DNA of 64,000 nucleotides, taken from NCBI GenBank assembly GCA_902783365.1, contig CACZQL010000019.1, positions 1,261 through 65,260 on the forward strand, written 5' to 3'. Both the position numbers and the translations under genes were made by a program. Positions 63,487-64,000 of the stretch are shown here, one piece after another; position 1 is the first letter of the stretch; each line of letters begins with the position of its first letter. Origin of the DNA: an uncultured Bacteroidia bacterium. GTDB lineage: Bacteria; Bacteroidota; Bacteroidia; Bacteroidales; F082. The notes beneath the pieces are model-generated. The model made no database searches. It saw only the letters and a program-made list of their open reading frames with translations, and was not told the origin of the DNA.

Positions 63487-64000
63487 ATGAAAAAGTATTT
63501 GATGACTTTGACGGCCTTGATGCTCGGATTGGGCGTGTTGAATGCCAATCCCGTGAGCGAGTCGAAGGCCAGGATGGTCGGACAACAGTTTGCCCAGACC
63601 AAGTTTGAAACCAGGGGGGCCTTGAGCTTGGCTTACACCGCCTCCACTGAAAAAGGCGACGCCTGTTTCTATGTCTATAACGTAGGCGATGAAGGCTTCG
63701 TTATCGTGTCAGCCGATGACTCGTTCCGCCCTGTCATTGGTTATTCCCAAGAAGGTCGTTTCGATTTGAACAACCCTGGACTTGCCTATTATCTGCGTAC
63801 CGTGCAGGCGGGTCACAGCAAACATCAAGGCGGTCAGGCCGATCCTATGATTGCCGCTGAATGGGAGCGTGTGCTTTCCTGCGGTGAACTGATTTCCCGT
63901 AACGGTGGTCGCGCCTCCTCCTGGCTCGTGGACACCAAATGGGACCAAAACTATCCTTACAACTATTATTGCCCCACTTGGGCTGGCGGCCCTGGCGGAC
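63487..64000 (+). CDS. Peptidase C10 family, copy 4 (3' end beyond the window)
   Basis: Not in the ORF track because no stop is reached. ATG at 63487. MKKYLMTLTALMLGLGVLNA, then FYVYNVGDEGFVIVSADDSFRPVIGYSQEG and TKWDQNYPYNYYCP, collinear with copies 1-3. Confidence 0.8.
   Translation, partial: MKKYLMTLTALMLGLGVLNANPVSESKARMVGQQFAQTKFETRGALSLAYTASTEKGDACFYVYNVGDEGFVIVSADDSFRPVIGYSQEGRFDLNNPGLAYYLRTVQAGHSKHQGGQADPMIAAEWERVLSCGELISRNGGRASSWLVDTKWDQNYPYNYYCPTWAGGPGG

Overview
This 64-kb window appears to come from a high-GC chromosome of Bacteroidota type. I infer that from four things: TAnnTTTG -7 promoter boxes 15-55 nt upstream of about 15 start codons, eight proteins ending in T9SS C-terminal sorting domains (CTDs), C25 and C10 peptidases, and a meso-DAP dehydrogenase. 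No database search was possible, so every product call rests on motifs I recognise by eye. About half of the window encodes T9SS cargo. This comprises an S8 subtilase (5109-7691), two tandem gingipain-family C25 peptidases (19065-25895), one giant surface protein of about 4,860 aa (29179-43761) and an operon-like array of four C10 (streptopain-family) peptidases that runs off the right edge (55494->64000). Housekeeping genes fill the gaps: a radical-SAM/DUF4130 DNA-repair pair, an RNase Z-like gene, a C69 dipeptidase, msrC, two CPA1 antiporters, ddh, a GH3 glycosidase, an acyltransferase, pepO, dnaX, upp, an NSS transporter and a ComEA-like gene. Four things stand out. (i) A roughly 3.4-kb AT-rich islet (about 7740-11185) carries a DprA-like gene translationally coupled to a RecQ-helicase::ComF-type phosphoribosyltransferase fusion. 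This is my best candidate for a new defence or DNA-processing system. (ii) A Ser/Thr-kinase::classical-AAA+ fusion sits with YbjN-like and Nudix genes. (iii) Heptanucleotide tandem arrays sit on or next to stop codons at nine loci. Two of them form an inverted pair around a low-GC four-helix-bundle gene, and composite direct repeats bracket an AAA-ATPase/PD-(D/E)XK gene. (iv) The giant protein contains internal supermodules of about 155-180 aa. I saw no rRNA, tRNA, CRISPR array, integrase or transposase.
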